Shown here one piece after another: positions 1 to 13,251 of a DNA stretch of 64,000 nt. The translations under genes were made by a program, and so were the position numbers. The stretch's first letter is position 1; the number at the start of each line of letters is the position of its first letter. The notes under the pieces are model-generated. The model saw only the letters and a list, made by a program, of their open reading frames with translations. It ran no database searches and was not told where the DNA came from. The DNA comes from Octopus vulgaris (lineage: Eukaryota): NCBI GenBank assembly GCA_951406725.2, contig OX597820.1, positions 19,344,001 through 19,408,000 of the forward strand, in the 5' to 3' direction.

Positions 1-153
1 CACATACACATACATATATACATATATACAATGGGCTTCTTTCAGTTTCCATCTACCAAATCCACTCACAGGGCTTTGGTGGCCCTGAGGCTATAGTAGA
101 AAACACTTGCCCAAGGTGCCACGCAGTGGGACTGAACCCGGAATCATGTGGTT
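1..153 (-). mobile_element. tRNA-derived SINE family A, partial 5' half
   Basis: Reverse complement of the family head/core (ggttcagtcccactgcgtggcaccttgggcaagtgt...gatttggtagatggaaactgaaagaagccc) that recurs many times in the window. Confidence 0.85.
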
Positions 154-217
154 CCTATATCTATTAGTTGATTTTTTTCTCTTTAGAAAATCCTGGCTTA
201 TCCAGATTGCCACTCAG

Positions 218-261
<44 letters not shown>

Positions 262-631
262 CTCTTTTTAATTTAGAGTAAATTCTGACCAATCACCTTC
301 TTGGTGGCAAGGTTCTAAAGGAAAGCATTTTGTTTTGTTCATCATTCCTTAAATCTTAAGAAAGTCTTGCAGGTTTATATAGTCCCAAATATCATGGTCA
401 ATTCTAGAGTATGAATTAAGGATCCGTATTCTCTCCTCCAAATCCCAATTTCAGCCATATTTTGTTCAAGATGCATTGGTATGTATCTTGGGTGCTGGAT
501 TTGCAATTTCCTTGTCAGTGGTCTAGAAATGTCATCTTTCTCTTGTATTTTTCTAACCACATTGGTGTCCAGAGGGCAGCTGATTTCCTCAACAGAAAAT
601 ATATTTTGTATGTATGTATATATCTCTCTCT

Positions 632-836
632 TTCTCTCTTTTACTTGTTTCAGTCATTTGACTGCGGCCATGCTGGAGCACCGCATTTAGTCGAGCAAAT
701 CGACCCCGGGACTTATTCTTTGTAAGCCCAGTACTTATTCTATCGGTCTCTTTTGCCGAACCGCTAAGTGACGGGAACGTAAACACGCCAGCATCAGTTG
801 TCAAGCAATGCTAGGGGGACAAACACAGACACACAA

Positions 837-870
<34 letters not shown>

Positions 871-1257
871 ATCATCATCATCATCATCATCATCATCATC
901 GTTTAGCGTCCGCTTTCCATGCTAGCATGGGTTGGACGGGTCAACTGGGGTCTGTGAAGCTGGAAGGCTTCGTCAGGCCCAGTCAGATCTGGCAGTGTTT
1001 CTACGGCTGGATGCCCTTCCTAACGCCAACCACTCCGCGAGTGTAGTGGGTGTTTTTTACGTGCCACCTGCACGTATATATATATACATATATACGACAG
1101 GCTTCTTTCAGTTTCCATCTACCAACTCCACTCACAAGGCATTGGTTGGCCCGGGGCTATAGCAGAAGACACTTGCCCAAGGTGCCACGCAGTGGGACTG
1201 AACCCGGAACCATGTGGTTGGTTAGCAAGCTACTTACCACACAGCCACTCCTGCGCC
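632..1257 (-). mobile_element. SINE family A, full length, interrupted by a family E element at ~872-1073
   Basis: Tail (gctccagcatggccgcagtcaaatgactgaaacaag) and tRNA-like head (ggcgcaggagtggctgtgtggtaag...ggttcagtccc) both on - strand; internal (CA)n/(TA)n. Confidence 0.88.
872..1073 (-). mobile_element. RTE-tailed retroposon (family E) 3' portion with (GAT)n tail
   Basis: - strand ...aggaagggcatccagccgtagaaac...ccaacccatgctagcatggaaagcggacgctaaacgatgatg; related copies near 5140, 7433, 28350, 32035, 35515, 43446, 44495, 51027. Confidence 0.75.
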
Positions 1258-2263
1258 TGCATATATGTATGTATGTATGTATGTTTGTTGTGCAGTTTAT
1301 AAGCTTAAAACAAGCTTAGTACTGGAGTGTTCTTTTATGCTGACGTTTGTTACTGCCACCTGTTAAGTTGCTTTTCAAATTATTTCTTTAACACAATTAA
1401 TGAAAACTGCTCATTATTGCTACCTGGTGTTAACAGGTAATATAATATTAAAATATATAAATAATGGCTCCTACCATCATTTGTACCTGTAGCCACGTGT
1501 CTATGTGTTTATAAAGTAGTAGATCTCTTCCCTACCACCACCACCACCACCACCAGTGTGTGTGTGTGAGTGTAAATATATACATGTATGTTCCAGAGGG
1601 TGACAGGTACAAAATAAGCTATGTCAGGTTACTTAGCATGAAGAACTCAATAAGTCTAGAATGAACCAAAATGTAATCCATAATCTGAAAAAATGTATTT
1701 TATTTCACCTGTGTGTCTGTGTGTTACTGTCTCCTTGCCTTGGCATTGCAGGATTGTCGTAAATGAGTGCCACTGTCATACAAGCAGTGTCTTGTTTCTA
1801 ACCTTAACCTTCTTTGAAAACATGTCCAGTGATGGAAAAAATGTTATCTTTCTTGGAAACAGGTGAAGGTTGAAGACAGGAAGGGCGTCCAGTTGTAGAA
1901 AATCTAACTCAACATATTTTGTCTATCATATTCTGGGCATATAAGAATGACCCTTCATGCTATAAAGTGTCCCTTGATGATCCATTCTAATTAAGCGTCC
2001 ATATGTACTTGGAATTTTCAATGCAGAGTTCCAACACAACCGTAATGGTGAAATGTAGGTCTTCACCATCATCATCATCATATATATACTTTGTATGTAT
2101 GTATGTATGTATGTGTGTAGAGAGAAAGAGAGAGAGAGAGATGGATATAGATATATAAAAAATCAAAATGGCAAGAGAATAAGATATGTTTTGAACTACG
2201 TTAGCTTACATAAGTGTATTGAGTTCTAACTCCAGGTTTTTTAGAATCACTATGCCTAAGTGA

Positions 2264-2348
<85 letters not shown>

Positions 2349-2350
2349 TA

Positions 2351-2568
2351 TATGGGGGTGTAAAGAAAAGTTCCTGGTTTTGGGTAAAAGAAAATATAAG
2401 AGGATCAGTTAATTATGATTTTATTGAACATATTCCCCTCTCTGATTCACACACTTATTGCAGTGGTCCTTCAGTTTTTCTAAGCCCTGTAAATGAACTC
2501 GGAAGATTGGGCCTCCAACCAGGAATTTCACTATAACTGTAAAACCAGGAACTTTTCAACACCCCCTT

Positions 2569-2572
<4 letters not shown>
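2351..2572 (-). mobile_element. Internally deleted mariner element / MITE with ~30-bp TIRs
   Basis: Imperfect TIRs ggggtgtaaagaaaagttcctggtttt / aaaaccaggaacttttcaacacccc; interior - strand reads GLEKLKDHCNKCVNQRGEYVQ*, resembling the mariner transposase C-terminus (G..KL..RW.KC....G.Y.E). Confidence 0.8.
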
Positions 2573-2601
<29 letters not shown>

Positions 2602-3024
2602 CAGCCAAAATAAGTTGTTTTGAAGAATTTTCCACACACTGATGTAGCTTTTCTTTCTATAAAAATGTAAGACAGGAGACAGATAACAAAACATTCTTAT
2701 ACTGATGGAACACAAGAGAACAGCAGGGGGGTGGTGAGTGACCAGGAATAACTCAACAGAGGAAAATTGTTTATAATAATGTGTGAGAGTTCCAGTATCT
2801 CAGAAACAGATGTTGTATTGGAGAATGTCTGTTTTTTGACCCCCCCCCGACCTTCCTTTCTGTTTGTACTGTCTGTGTGTGTACGTGTGTGTGTGTGTGT
2901 GATGCAACGAAGTAAAAATGTCGAATTGTTGCTTTATTGTTGTTGGAGAGTTGTTAAATTAAATTGGCAAGTAAACAGATAGCTATAAATATATTTCCAA
3001 CATATATCTTGGACAAAAGCAACA

Positions 3025-3227
3025 GACATATCCATATACACGCACACACACACACACATACACAACACGCACACAGATGCACTCACACGTATGCACACAT
3101 ATACACACACATACACACACACACATACGCACACACACACAGATGCACTCACATGTATGCACACATATACACACGCACACATATACACACACATGCACAC
3201 ACATACACGCACACATACGCACGCACA

Positions 3228-3263
<36 letters not shown>
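3025..3263. repeat. (CA)n-rich compound microsatellite
   Basis: Seen directly; source of the HT/VC-rich ORFs. Confidence 0.95.
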
Positions 3264-3265
<2 letters not shown>

Positions 3266-3847
3266 AGAATGAACAAACGCACAAAACAAAACAAGCTGGC
3301 TTTATGTAAAACAGAATATACATTTCAGCTTCCATTTAGTTCCTGAGATTTTTCCAAAGGAGCGCTGACGAGGAAGATCGAACGGCTAAAAGGTGGACAA
3401 ATTGCTGTCACTAACCGTTTGTTGATTCCTTATCATACGACTGCAGTAATTTGTTGATGCAAATATAGCTTTTAGCTAGATGGCCATTTGAGATAGCCTG
3501 CTCACTACGTGGACACCCATCCATCTACATGGCTCTTCGCAAAGCTAACCTGTTCCAGAGGAAGTCGAGCAGAATGGCACGTTAGTGGTTGAGTAATGCA
3601 GAGGGGTCTCGTTTATATCCAACGCAGCTTCCAACATGTTAAGTGATTCTGGTTAAATTGGATTTGATGATAGCTAGCAGCTTAGTCAATCTCTCCATCT
3701 TAATAACATTTGTTTTAATTGTACCTATTATGGATTAATGTCAGTATAAATAAACAAAATTTCATAATTCAATCTGGTTGCATTTCACATGCTCTCTCTG
3801 CACGTTGCTTCTCCCTCTTTCATTCTGATGTGTAGTTTTTAGCTGCA

Positions 3848-4460
3848 GGCGCGGCTGTGTGGTAAAGAGGCTTGCATCCCAATCATGAGGTTCTGGGCTC
3901 AATCCTACCGTGTAGCACCTTTGTGTTTTTGTTGTAGCTCCAGGCCCATCATAGCCTTGTGAGTGGATTCGGCAGACCAAAACTAAAAAGCCTGTTGTGT
4001 GTGGTGGGGTGAGGTTGTCTCCTATTTCTTTACTACCCACAAGGAGAAACGGATTAAGTCGATTACATCGACTCCAGTGCATAACTGGTACTTAATTTAT
4101 CGACCCCCGAAAGGATGAAAGGCAAAGTCGACCTCGGCGGAATTTGAACTCAGAACGTAACGGCAGAGGAAATACGGCTACGCATTTTGCCCGGCGTGCT
4201 AACGTTTCTGCCAACTCATCGCCTGTGGGTTGTCTCCTTGTCTTGACATCACATGATTAATTGTAAACGAGCATCACTGTCATACAAGCAGTGTCGTTCA
4301 TTTGCAATGTTCTGCAACAGCATGTCTGGCCAGTGGAGAAATATTACCTTGCGTGGAAACAGGTGAGGGTTGGCAACAGCATGGGCATCCAACCTTCGAA
4401 TGTCCACCTCACCAAATTCCATGCAAGGATGGACATTAAATGACGATTATGATAATGTTT
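3848..4460 (+). mobile_element. SINE with family A head and RTE-type body/tail (family F), interrupted by family B SINE
   Basis: ggcgcggctgtgtggtaaag head, then after the insert the body tgtctccttgtcttgacatcac...catacaagcagtgtc...ggcatccaac...ggacattaaatgacga; same body near 1710, 8790(-), 19200, 54910, 61810(-). Confidence 0.7.
4021..4224 (-). mobile_element. tRNA-derived SINE family B
   Basis: - strand aggcgatgagttggcagaaacgttagc...gagttcaaattcc (B box)...gactttgcctttcatcctttcggggtcgataaattaagtaccag. Confidence 0.85.
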
Positions 4461-4624
4461 CCTTGCATGCACACACACAGACACAGACCTGGTTACATAC
4501 CTAAGTATTCACTTCTCTCTTTCCATTTTTCTTATGGAATTCCCTCGTCTAATCTAATATGACACATTAAGACAGATATTTGTCTATATGTAATGGTGAT
4601 TATTTTACTGACTTTTGAAATTTT

Positions 4625-4795
4625 CGTTTTTGGATTTGGTTTGCAAGATTCTTTATGTGAGTTCATGTGTTGAAGCATATTCTGTTGTGTCTGGGGAAAG
4701 CCATTTTCTTTTTGTGCCTTATAATTTAACACACTCACTGGTAAAATTTCCACTTATTTCTTATTTTTGTTGCATCTTGTAACCTTTTCAATAGT
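4625..4795 (+). mobile_element. Repeat fragment, same family as the fold-back element at 44057-44270 (possibly Penelope-like)
   Basis: Near-identical gttgtgtctgggga..cattttctttttgtgccttataat.taacacactcactggtaaaatttccac. Confidence 0.6.
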
Positions 4796-4847
4796 CTTGT
4801 GGTACTGCGATAAGTTTCAATGTCATTGATGCCAAGACAAAACATGT

Positions 4848-5070
4848 TTTCAGCATTTAAACCAGCCATATCCAGCCAAAATATTCTACCTGTTTTATAT
4901 TCAAACTGGCTAGCTCCTGCCTCTCACACCTGCCCTACACTGTCAATGTAAAAGTAAACAACCATGTCATTGAAATCTTGAAGCTGAAAAATATAGCATG
5001 CTTAATTCAAAACACTGTGAATAAATAAACATTAGCAATTCACAGAGTAAGCTGAATGCTAAAAGGTTAA
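4848..5070 (-). mobile_element. piggyBac-like TTAA MITE, degenerate
   Basis: Ends tgaatgctaaaaggttaa; reverse-similar to the copies at 42826 and 63668. Confidence 0.6.
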
Positions 5071-5509
5071 TATATATATAGTTAGATAGGTAGATATACA
5101 TAGATATAAATATACATATACATATATATATATAAAAGTACCCTCATAAAAAGTACCTTGTCCACTCTGTAAAGTGGCTGGTAGTAGGAAGGGCATCCAG
5201 CCATAAAAACCTTGCCAAAGGTAACTGGATCATGGCACTGTGCTCTGGCTTACCACCTTCTGTCAAACTATGCAACTCATACCAGCATCGAAAACAGATG
5301 TTAAATAATGGTAAATTTACATATATGTATATGAATTTACTCATATATAAATATACATATTCAAGTATCCATGCATGTATGTGACAGACCATGCCTTTCT
5401 TTTCCTGGGCTCAAATCTCATTTGCGAACCCATGGAAAACGAACTTGCACCAACTATTCTGCCTCTATGTCTGTGCACACCTTCCAATGCCATGGTCTCT
5501 CTGGCCTTT

Positions 5510-6130
5510 CTGTGTTCAAATTCGGCCGAGGTTGACTTTGCCTGTCATCCTTTCAGGGTTGATGAAATAAGTACCAGTTGAGCAATAGAGTTGATGTAAT
5601 TGATTGGTTCCCACTCCTGAAATTGCTGGCCTTGTGCCAAAATTTGAAACCAATATTTGTATTCTTTAAGGTGGTGAGCTGGCAGAACTGTTAGCATGCC
5701 AAGGAAAAAGCTTAGTAGCATTTCATCTATTTCTATGCTCTGAGTTCAAATTCTGCTAAGGTTGACTTTGCCTTTCATCCTTTTGGGGTCAATGAAATGA
5801 GAACCAGTTAAGCACTGGGGTTGATGTAATTGACTTTCACTCTCTTTCTCCTGCACTTATTTCTTTATTGCCCACAAGGAGCTAAACATAGAGGGGACAA
5901 ACAAGGAAAGACAAAGGGATTAAGTCGATTACATCGACTCCAGTGCGTAACTGGTACTTTATTTATCGACCCCCGAAAGGTTGAAAGGCAAAGTCAGCCT
6001 CGGCGGAATTTGAACTCAGAACATAACAACAGACGAAATTCAGATAAATATTTTGCCCGGCATGCTAACGATTCTGCCAGCTCTCTTTCTCCTGCAGTTG
6101 CTGGCATTGTGCCAAAATTTGAAACCAATA
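5510..6130. mobile_element. Cluster of family B SINEs (two + copies, one - copy nested in the second)
   Basis: Repeated B-box and gactttgcctttcatcc core on both strands. Confidence 0.8.
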
Positions 6131-6472
6131 TAATATAACACTAGATGTTCATAAACTAATTGGTGACAAAATAGCTGTTAGGTACTGTTGTGAAATATTG
6201 CTTTTATTTCTTAATTTCTGCATGTTTGGGGACTTGGGAGTATGTCGGGGGGAACCTGATCTGTTAAACACTTCAGCTTGTATGTGACTAGATTTTTGCC
6301 TATTCAGTCAGCTTCGTTAATTATTGATTTCATCCTCTATTTCATCATTATCATCAATCATTGAACCCCTTTCATTAAACATCACACATACCCTTCCCCT
6401 CCTCCTCCTCTTCCTCCTGAAGTTTTTTTTTTTTTTTTGTGTGGATTAGTTGGGCTTTGCTCGGCTACAGCT

Positions 6473-6486
6473 GTCACCATAGCAAC
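6473..6486. promoter_or_regulatory. Candidate RFX X-box
   Basis: GTCACCATAGCAAC matches GTNNCC-AT-RGNAAC, in non-repeat sequence. Confidence 0.35.
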
Positions 6487-6977
6487 TATGAAATGGATGT
6501 GACATGATGTGTACCAGAGCGTGATTATTTTGTTTGGGTGCTTCCAATTCTTTCCCCCAAACACAAATCTTGGTGCTTTCAGGGAAGACAGCTTTTAATT
6601 AAAAAAAAAGAAAAAAAAATGTTTCATTAGTTTTAAGTTACAATTAACTTAGATAATTTTAAAATATTTAAAACAATGATTTTATTTCAAAAAAACAACC
6701 ATCGGTGCAGGCGTGGCTGAGTGGTAAGACGTTTTCTTACCAACCACACGGTTCCAGCTTCAATCCCACTGTGTGATACCATGGGCAAGTGTCTTCTATT
6801 ATAGCCTCAGGTCAACCAAAGCCTTCTGAGTAGATTTGGCAGGCAGAAACTGAAAGAAGCCCATCATGTGTTTATATAAATATATATACATATTTTTCTA
6901 TATTTATTAGTTAATTCATAAGTTAAGATACGTACATTTATTATATTATTTATATTTTTATTATTATTATTATTATT

Positions 6978-7100
6978 GTAAACCTGATGAGTGACTATAT
7001 TTTTAAATAGACTTAATTTTAGATTGATTTAGTTTTAATCTAATTGATTTTATTATTATTATCTATTTGAAAATATAGCCACGAAACGTGCGTAGTCTAT
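6978..7100 (+). ncRNA. Type I hammerhead ribozyme-like motif with extended helix II
   Basis: CTGATGA 6984-6990; 20-bp stem 6991-7010/7063-7082; GAAA 7083-7086; AC-gtgc-GTA; imperfect helix I gtaaac/gtctat. Confidence 0.62.
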
Positions 7101-7337
7101 TTACTTATGTACTCTAGTTTTGGAATAATTGTTTTCTATAGTATATTTAACCTTTTCTATATGGTATGAATAACGTCTTTCAATATTAAATTGTTTAATA
7201 GAGGTTTTTCTCTAAATTTTATACATATATTATTTTATACATTTTATACATATTGTGAAATTTGATTTAGAATTGCTAAATTGAATTTTTCCCTGTAAAT
7301 TTTGGAATTATATTCCCTACTATTATTATTATTATTG

Positions 7338-7437
<100 letters not shown>

Positions 7438-8972
7438 CATCATCAGCATTTAACATCCATTTTCCATGCTGGCATGGGTTGGACAGTTTGACTGGGGGAC
7501 TGGCAAGCCAGTAGGCTGCACCAGGCTCCAATGTAATCTGACAAGGTTTCTACAGCTGGATACCCTCCCTAATATCCAACCACTCCTAGAGTGTAGTGGG
7601 TGCCTTTTACATGCCACCGGCATGGGAGCCAGTCAGGCAGCACTGGCATCGACCATGTTCAGCTGGTGTTTTTTATATACCACCTACACAGGAGCCAGTC
7701 GGTGTGTGTGTGTGTGGGGGGCATATATATATATATTTTTATGTGTGTCTCTATGTCTGTGTTTGTCTCCCCAACCTACCATTGCTTGACAATTGATGTT
7801 GGACATAACAACAGGTGTCTTTCGACTAAGGACGAATTAAATTATATATATATATGAGATCATTATTTCTAAAGTGAAGTCAAATACTAACATGCTCGAA
7901 CAATTGTGCAGATCTGTTGCATGAAACCATTGGTAGCCTTGTTAATTCACAAACAAAGAATATTTACTCACCAATGCAGTAGCACTCATTCTCATTGTTC
8001 GATATTTGTTCCATATTGTCTTCATCTACCAAATTCACTTATAAGACATTGAGCAACCCAAGGCCACAGTAGAAGACACTTGCCTCAAGGTATCACACAG
8101 TGGGACTGAACCGAAAACCATGCGGTTGGAAAGCAAACTTCTTACTGCACAGCCACGCTTGCAACATGTGCCAACCCATTTGGCCAAAATGCACATGTGC
8201 ATGCACACAAACACACGCACATTTTGAAAATAAATTTCCTTCTCATTTTGTTCTAAGAGAGTCATTTTCAGTTTTATTATATCATACATGCTAAACATTT
8301 AGAAAAGTTAGTAATGATATATAGAAGACGGAAAGAAAGGCGAAAGTTATTTAAAAAAAGCAACAACTTTTCCTGAGAAAGATACATTACTCATTCTGAG
8401 ACATTTATAATCATTTGTTGAAGTTATAAAATAACTAATTCCAGGTAAAATTGATGTTTTCTAAACTAAAAAATAAAAATAAATAACAAACGAATCTTAA
8501 CTATTTGGGAAACATTGTAATAAAACTACATTGTTTAATGTATGCAGATGTTGATTGTGTGTTTAGTAATTTTTTTTTTTAAAGGCGTAATCAAGCGACT
8601 TGTTGTTGCATTAAGTCAAAAGTAATTAGTAAGATTAAATACAAGTCTACTCAGAACAGCTACACAGGAGCAAAATGTATAAATACAGACAGTTGTACCT
8701 GTCATATAAACCACAGATGATAATTTAATATTTCCAAACGAAGCCGGGAAAGAGACTTGGAGAAGTCTGTTCATATATTGTAAAGGCAGAATCCACAATC
8801 ATCATCATCGTCATATTGTGTATACATTTCATTGTTTGCTTTGGTCAAATGGACTGTGTTGAAGCAGATATTCTGTGATTGGATGGGTACCTTTCCTGTC
8901 ACTAACCCTCACTTGTTTCCAAGTAAGGTAATATTTTTTTGCCCCTTAGCTAGACATGTCTATTTATTTATT

Positions 8973-9513
8973 TACTCTTTTACTTGTTTCAGTCATTTGA
9001 CTGCAGCCATGCAGGAGTATTGCCTTTAATCGAGCAAATCGACCCCAGGACTTATTCTTTGTCAGCCTAGTACTTATTCTATCAGTCTCTTTTTGCCGAA
9101 CCGCTAAGTTACAGGGACGTAAACACACCAGCATCGGTTGTCAAGTGATGTTGGGGGGACAGACACAGACACACAAACATACACACACACATACACGCAT
9201 ACATATATAAGATGGGCTTCTTGCAGTTTCCGTCTACCAAATCCATTCGCAAGGCTTTGGTCGGCCCAAGGCTATAGTAGAAGACACTTGCCCAAGGTGC
9301 CACGCAGTGGGACTGAACCCGGAATACACGCAAGTGCGTGTCTGTGTATGATGAACATCTTCCAATTTCTCTCTACCAAATCCATTTAGAAGGCTTTATT
9401 CAGCCCAGGGCTATAGTTGCCAACACTCACCCAAAGTGCCATGCAGTGGGACTGAACCTGTAACCAGGAGCTTGGGAAGAAAGTTTCTGAACCACATTGC
9501 CACATCTGCACCT
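8973..9513 (-). mobile_element. Family A SINE plus a second degenerate head
   Basis: Family tail and core motifs on - strand. Confidence 0.8.
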
Positions 9514-10534
9514 ATTACTAGAAAACATAAAAGCTAAGAAAATAAGCAGGTAAGCAAAATTAGAGTGTCAGGTAAAGAGAGACTTGATGAGACCTGTCAG
9601 AAAAATTAGCTAATAACAGCATAAGTCCAAAGGAATGGAAGCTTTATGAAGCATAAAGGGAGACATTGAGTTTGGTAGGTGTATAGAGCCTAAAGGAATA
9701 CATTAAGATTGGGATCTTTTGAGAACATCTTGGTTCCTTCCTCAAACCATTTATATTTACCCTAACATTAAAAAAATATATATAAAGTCGTAAACCTTTC
9801 CAGTGAATATAAAAGCCGAGAATATCTGCAAGGAATGTAAAAGAATGTGTGAAATAAATCTGAGACAGAGAATGTGTTTTGTGGTAAAGATATCAAATAG
9901 AATTAAAAGCATCAAGTATTGTTTAGCAGCCAAGAAGTTTGGGAGAAGAAGGGTCCAGAAACTAAAGGAGGAGAAAGAAAAAAAAACCCAGAAAAACATA
10001 GGTTTATGCAGTTGATATTGTATTTGACAGATAAGTCATGTGAAACTCTGCAATGAAATAGTTCTAGATTTGTGGAGAAACTTAAAATGAGCAGAAACGG
10101 AGGGTTTTATTCCCAAGCAGACTATTCTGACCATTGTCCTCCATATAGAAACCAGGCATAAAGCATCGACAATAAAAAGGCTTGCTGTTTTTGTGTCCAC
10201 GTAGGGAGGAACAAAATGTTTCATAAACCATTGCTGGCAATTGAGATTATTTCTTGGAATAAAACTGTGATGCTTTTAGTTTGATCACGTGGGGGGTGGG
10301 GCGGGGGGGTTGTTGAGGAAATTTGGCACATCGAATAAAATGCTTTCTGGTATTGCTTTTAGTTCTTTACTTCCTGAGTTCGAATCCTGCCAAGGTTGGG
10401 TTTGCTTGTCTTGTACGGTGGGGATCAATAAAATAAAATGCCAGTTGGGTATATTAATTTATACAATGAAAACATCGTTATATTTAACAAAGGAAGTATG
10501 TTGATTAACAATTATTAACCAAATGAACAAATAT

Positions 10535-11155
10535 AGGCGCAGGAGTGGCTGTGTAATAAGTCGCTTGCTTAGCAACCACATGGTTCCAGGTTCAGTCCCA
10601 CTGCATGGCACCTTGGGCAAGTGTCTTCTACTATAGCCTCAGGCCAACCAAAGTCTTGTGAGTGGATTTGGTAGATGGAAACTGAAGGAAACCCATTGTA
10701 TATATGTATATATATATGTGTTTGTGTGTCTGTGTTTGGCAAGCTACTTACCACACAGCCACTCCTATGCCTATATGGCTGTATGGTAAGAAGCTTGCTT
10801 CCTAACTACATGTTTCTGGGTTCAGTCCCACTGTGTGGAACCTTGGGCAAGTGTCTTCTACCACAGTCTCAAGTCAACCAAAGCCTTGTGAGTGGATTTG
10901 GCTCACAAAAACTGAAAGAAGCTTGTTGTGTGTGTGTGAGTGTGTGTTTGTCCTTCACAACTGCTTGACAACTCGTGTTGATGTGTTTATGACCCCCATA
11001 ACTTAGCAGTTCGGTGAAAGAGACTGATAGAATAAGTACCAGACTTGACAAAAAATAAGTACTGGGGTTAATTCATTCGACTAAATAAAGTTGTTGAAAG
11101 TGGTGCCCCAGCATGGTCGCAGTCTAATAACTGAAACAAGTAAAAGATGAAAGAT
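10535..11155 (+). mobile_element. Two family A SINEs separated by a short inverted head fragment
   Basis: Heads at 10535 and ~10775; inverted head aagctacttaccacacagccactcc at ~10741-10771. Confidence 0.8.
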
Positions 11156-11395
11156 AGATAATAGACCTACATCATCTGCACAAATTTTCTTTTTGAAAAC
11201 TAAGAAACTGTTCTCCATTTTTTCTGTTTTTCCTTGACTAGCGTCTTGGAGAAATATCTTAACTTCTTAACTCCATTTCGAAATCCTTTAAACTTTCAAA
11301 CAGGATGTAGTAATCATAAACCAATTACTATCAAAAGATTTTTCATTACATGTTGCTGTATAATGTCGAGATAAAACCGCATCTAATATTTCTAC

Positions 11396-11679
11396 CTTTT
11401 AACTGTCAGCTTCATGCCTGGCAAAGCAATCAGTGTGATCAACCATGCTGTTTTCTTCTTCAGGTTATTGTCGTTGCTGTTGTTGTTGTTGTTGTTCGGC
11501 TCTGCCTCCATCTTCTTCGGATGCTACTGATGTCTTGTCACTTGATGTCGGTATCTTCAGCTTGCAGCTTTGTGCTGTATAGCTTATGGCAGGCCTTGTT
11601 GCTTCGTTGGTGATTCTTTTAATTTAGACCAGGAGATTTTGCTCTGCTGACTTCACTTTCCACTTGAACTTTTCTCCTA
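11396..11679 (-). other. Candidate exon (unknown gene or lncRNA)
   Basis: Long (CT)n pyrimidine tract + ttacag acceptor; AAG|gtagaa donor; ATG at 11511 open to the donor (MEAEPNNNNNNSNDNNLKKKTAWLITLIALPGMKLTVK). Confidence 0.25.
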
Positions 11680-12469
11680 CTGTAACAATTGAGAGAAATG
11701 AGAGAGAGATGCGAGAGAGGAGAGAGATGGAGAAAGACAAGTCTTTACATCTTCTGTTGTTAAGTTGCCTGTATGTTCTAGCAATCACAAAAGAAGCTGT
11801 AGCATTAATTGTCTCTGAGTGGTTTATTTCTTTCATTGTTTGTGTCTTCTTTTTGTTTTTTAAATACCTAAACAAGGCACAGGTATGGCTGTGTGGTTTA
11901 GAAACTTGCTTCCCAATCACCTGGTTTTGAGTTCAGTCCCACCGTGTAGCAATGTTGTGTGAGCGAATTTCATACACCGAAAACTGTCAAGAAGCCTAGA
12001 AGCGTATATACATGTGTATGTGTGTCTTTGTGTTTCTGCCACCCACCACTGCCTCCACCACATGAGAACAGGTGTTAGTTTGTTTACATCCCCACCAGTT
12101 TGGCAAAAGAGACTAATAAGATATCAGACTTTAAAAATACATACTGGTGTCGATTTGTTCTTCTAAAACCCTTCTTCAAGGCAGTGCCCCAGCTTGGTCG
12201 CAGTCCAATGAGTAGAAATTAAAAGGTAAAAGTATTCAGGAACTTTTGAACCAATGGTCAAAGATCCTGAGTTCAAGTCTTGCTGTAGGCATTGATTGGC
12301 TTGAGGTTCTTCATTTCCAGGCTACCATGGAAACGAGTCTGGTCATTTTTTAATCTGGAAGCGAGGGTTAAGAGACAGAGAGGATATCCAGCCATAGAAG
12401 ATTCGCTTCAGCGTATTCCATCCATGCCATGCAAGCAGGGAAAAGCTGATATTAAAATGATGTTGTATT

Positions 12470-12679
12470 CTTCTATTCTTTTGCTTGTTTCAGTCATTTG
12501 ACTGCGACCATGTTGGAGTACAGCCTTGAAGGGTTTTAGTCAAACAAATCTACTGCAGTACTTATTCTATTGGTCACTTTTGCTGAACCGCTAAGTTGGG
12601 AGGACATAAACACACCAACACTGGTTGTCAAGCAGTGATGGGGGGAGGGACTCACAAAGACACACACACAGATAGATAC

Positions 12680-12731
<52 letters not shown>

Positions 12732-12886
12732 GATGGGCTTCTTTTCAGTTTCTGTCTACCAAATCCACTGACAAGGCTTAGGTCAGCCCAAGGCTATAGT
12801 AGAAGACCCTTGCCCAAGGTGCCATGCAGTGGGACTGAACCTGGAACCATATGGCTGAGAAGCAAACTTTTTAACACACAGCCACT
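12470..12886 (-). mobile_element. Family A SINE
   Basis: Head, core, internal (TA)n and tail motifs on - strand. Confidence 0.8.
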
Positions 12887-12905
12887 TGATATATATATAT
12901 ATATA

Positions 12906-12967
12906 TGATTGATTCTTGATTGATTCTAGTTTCAGCTCATGAGCTGTGGCCATGCTGGGGCACCGCC

Positions 12968-12970
<3 letters not shown>
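12906..12970 (-). mobile_element. ~45-nt LINE-3'-end-like mini element with short-repeat tail
   Basis: aatggcggtgccccagcatggccacagctcatgagctgaaactag+(aatc)n; also at 17004, 29342, 35177. Confidence 0.7.
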
Positions 12971-13012
<42 letters not shown>

Positions 13013-13251
13013 ACCAGACTATCATGTTGTTGCACATCATTAGTCACAGTGCACTTTGCATTGTTTTAACATTCGAATGATGCTATCCTGCTACTTAGGC
13101 AAGCTATGGAAAGAGGGACTGGAGCGATGTGAAATGAAGCACCTTGCTCAAGAACACAATACACCACCTGGTCGGGGAACTGAACCCACGATCTAACGAT
13201 CATGAGTATGACAGCCTAAACCTCAGCTTCTAACCATTATTTCCCTTTCAA

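Noticed and set aside
3362-3395. CTGACGA-ggaagatc-GAAC hammerhead-like string (also CTGATGA near 47648 and 46786)
   Set aside because: No GAAA box in register or no helix II; 46786 is a mutated SINE B segment
9520-10260. Possible ancient retroelement coding remnant (also 30425-30850 and 62650-63000)
   Set aside because: Strand-skewed composition is suggestive but I could not identify any diagnostic motif
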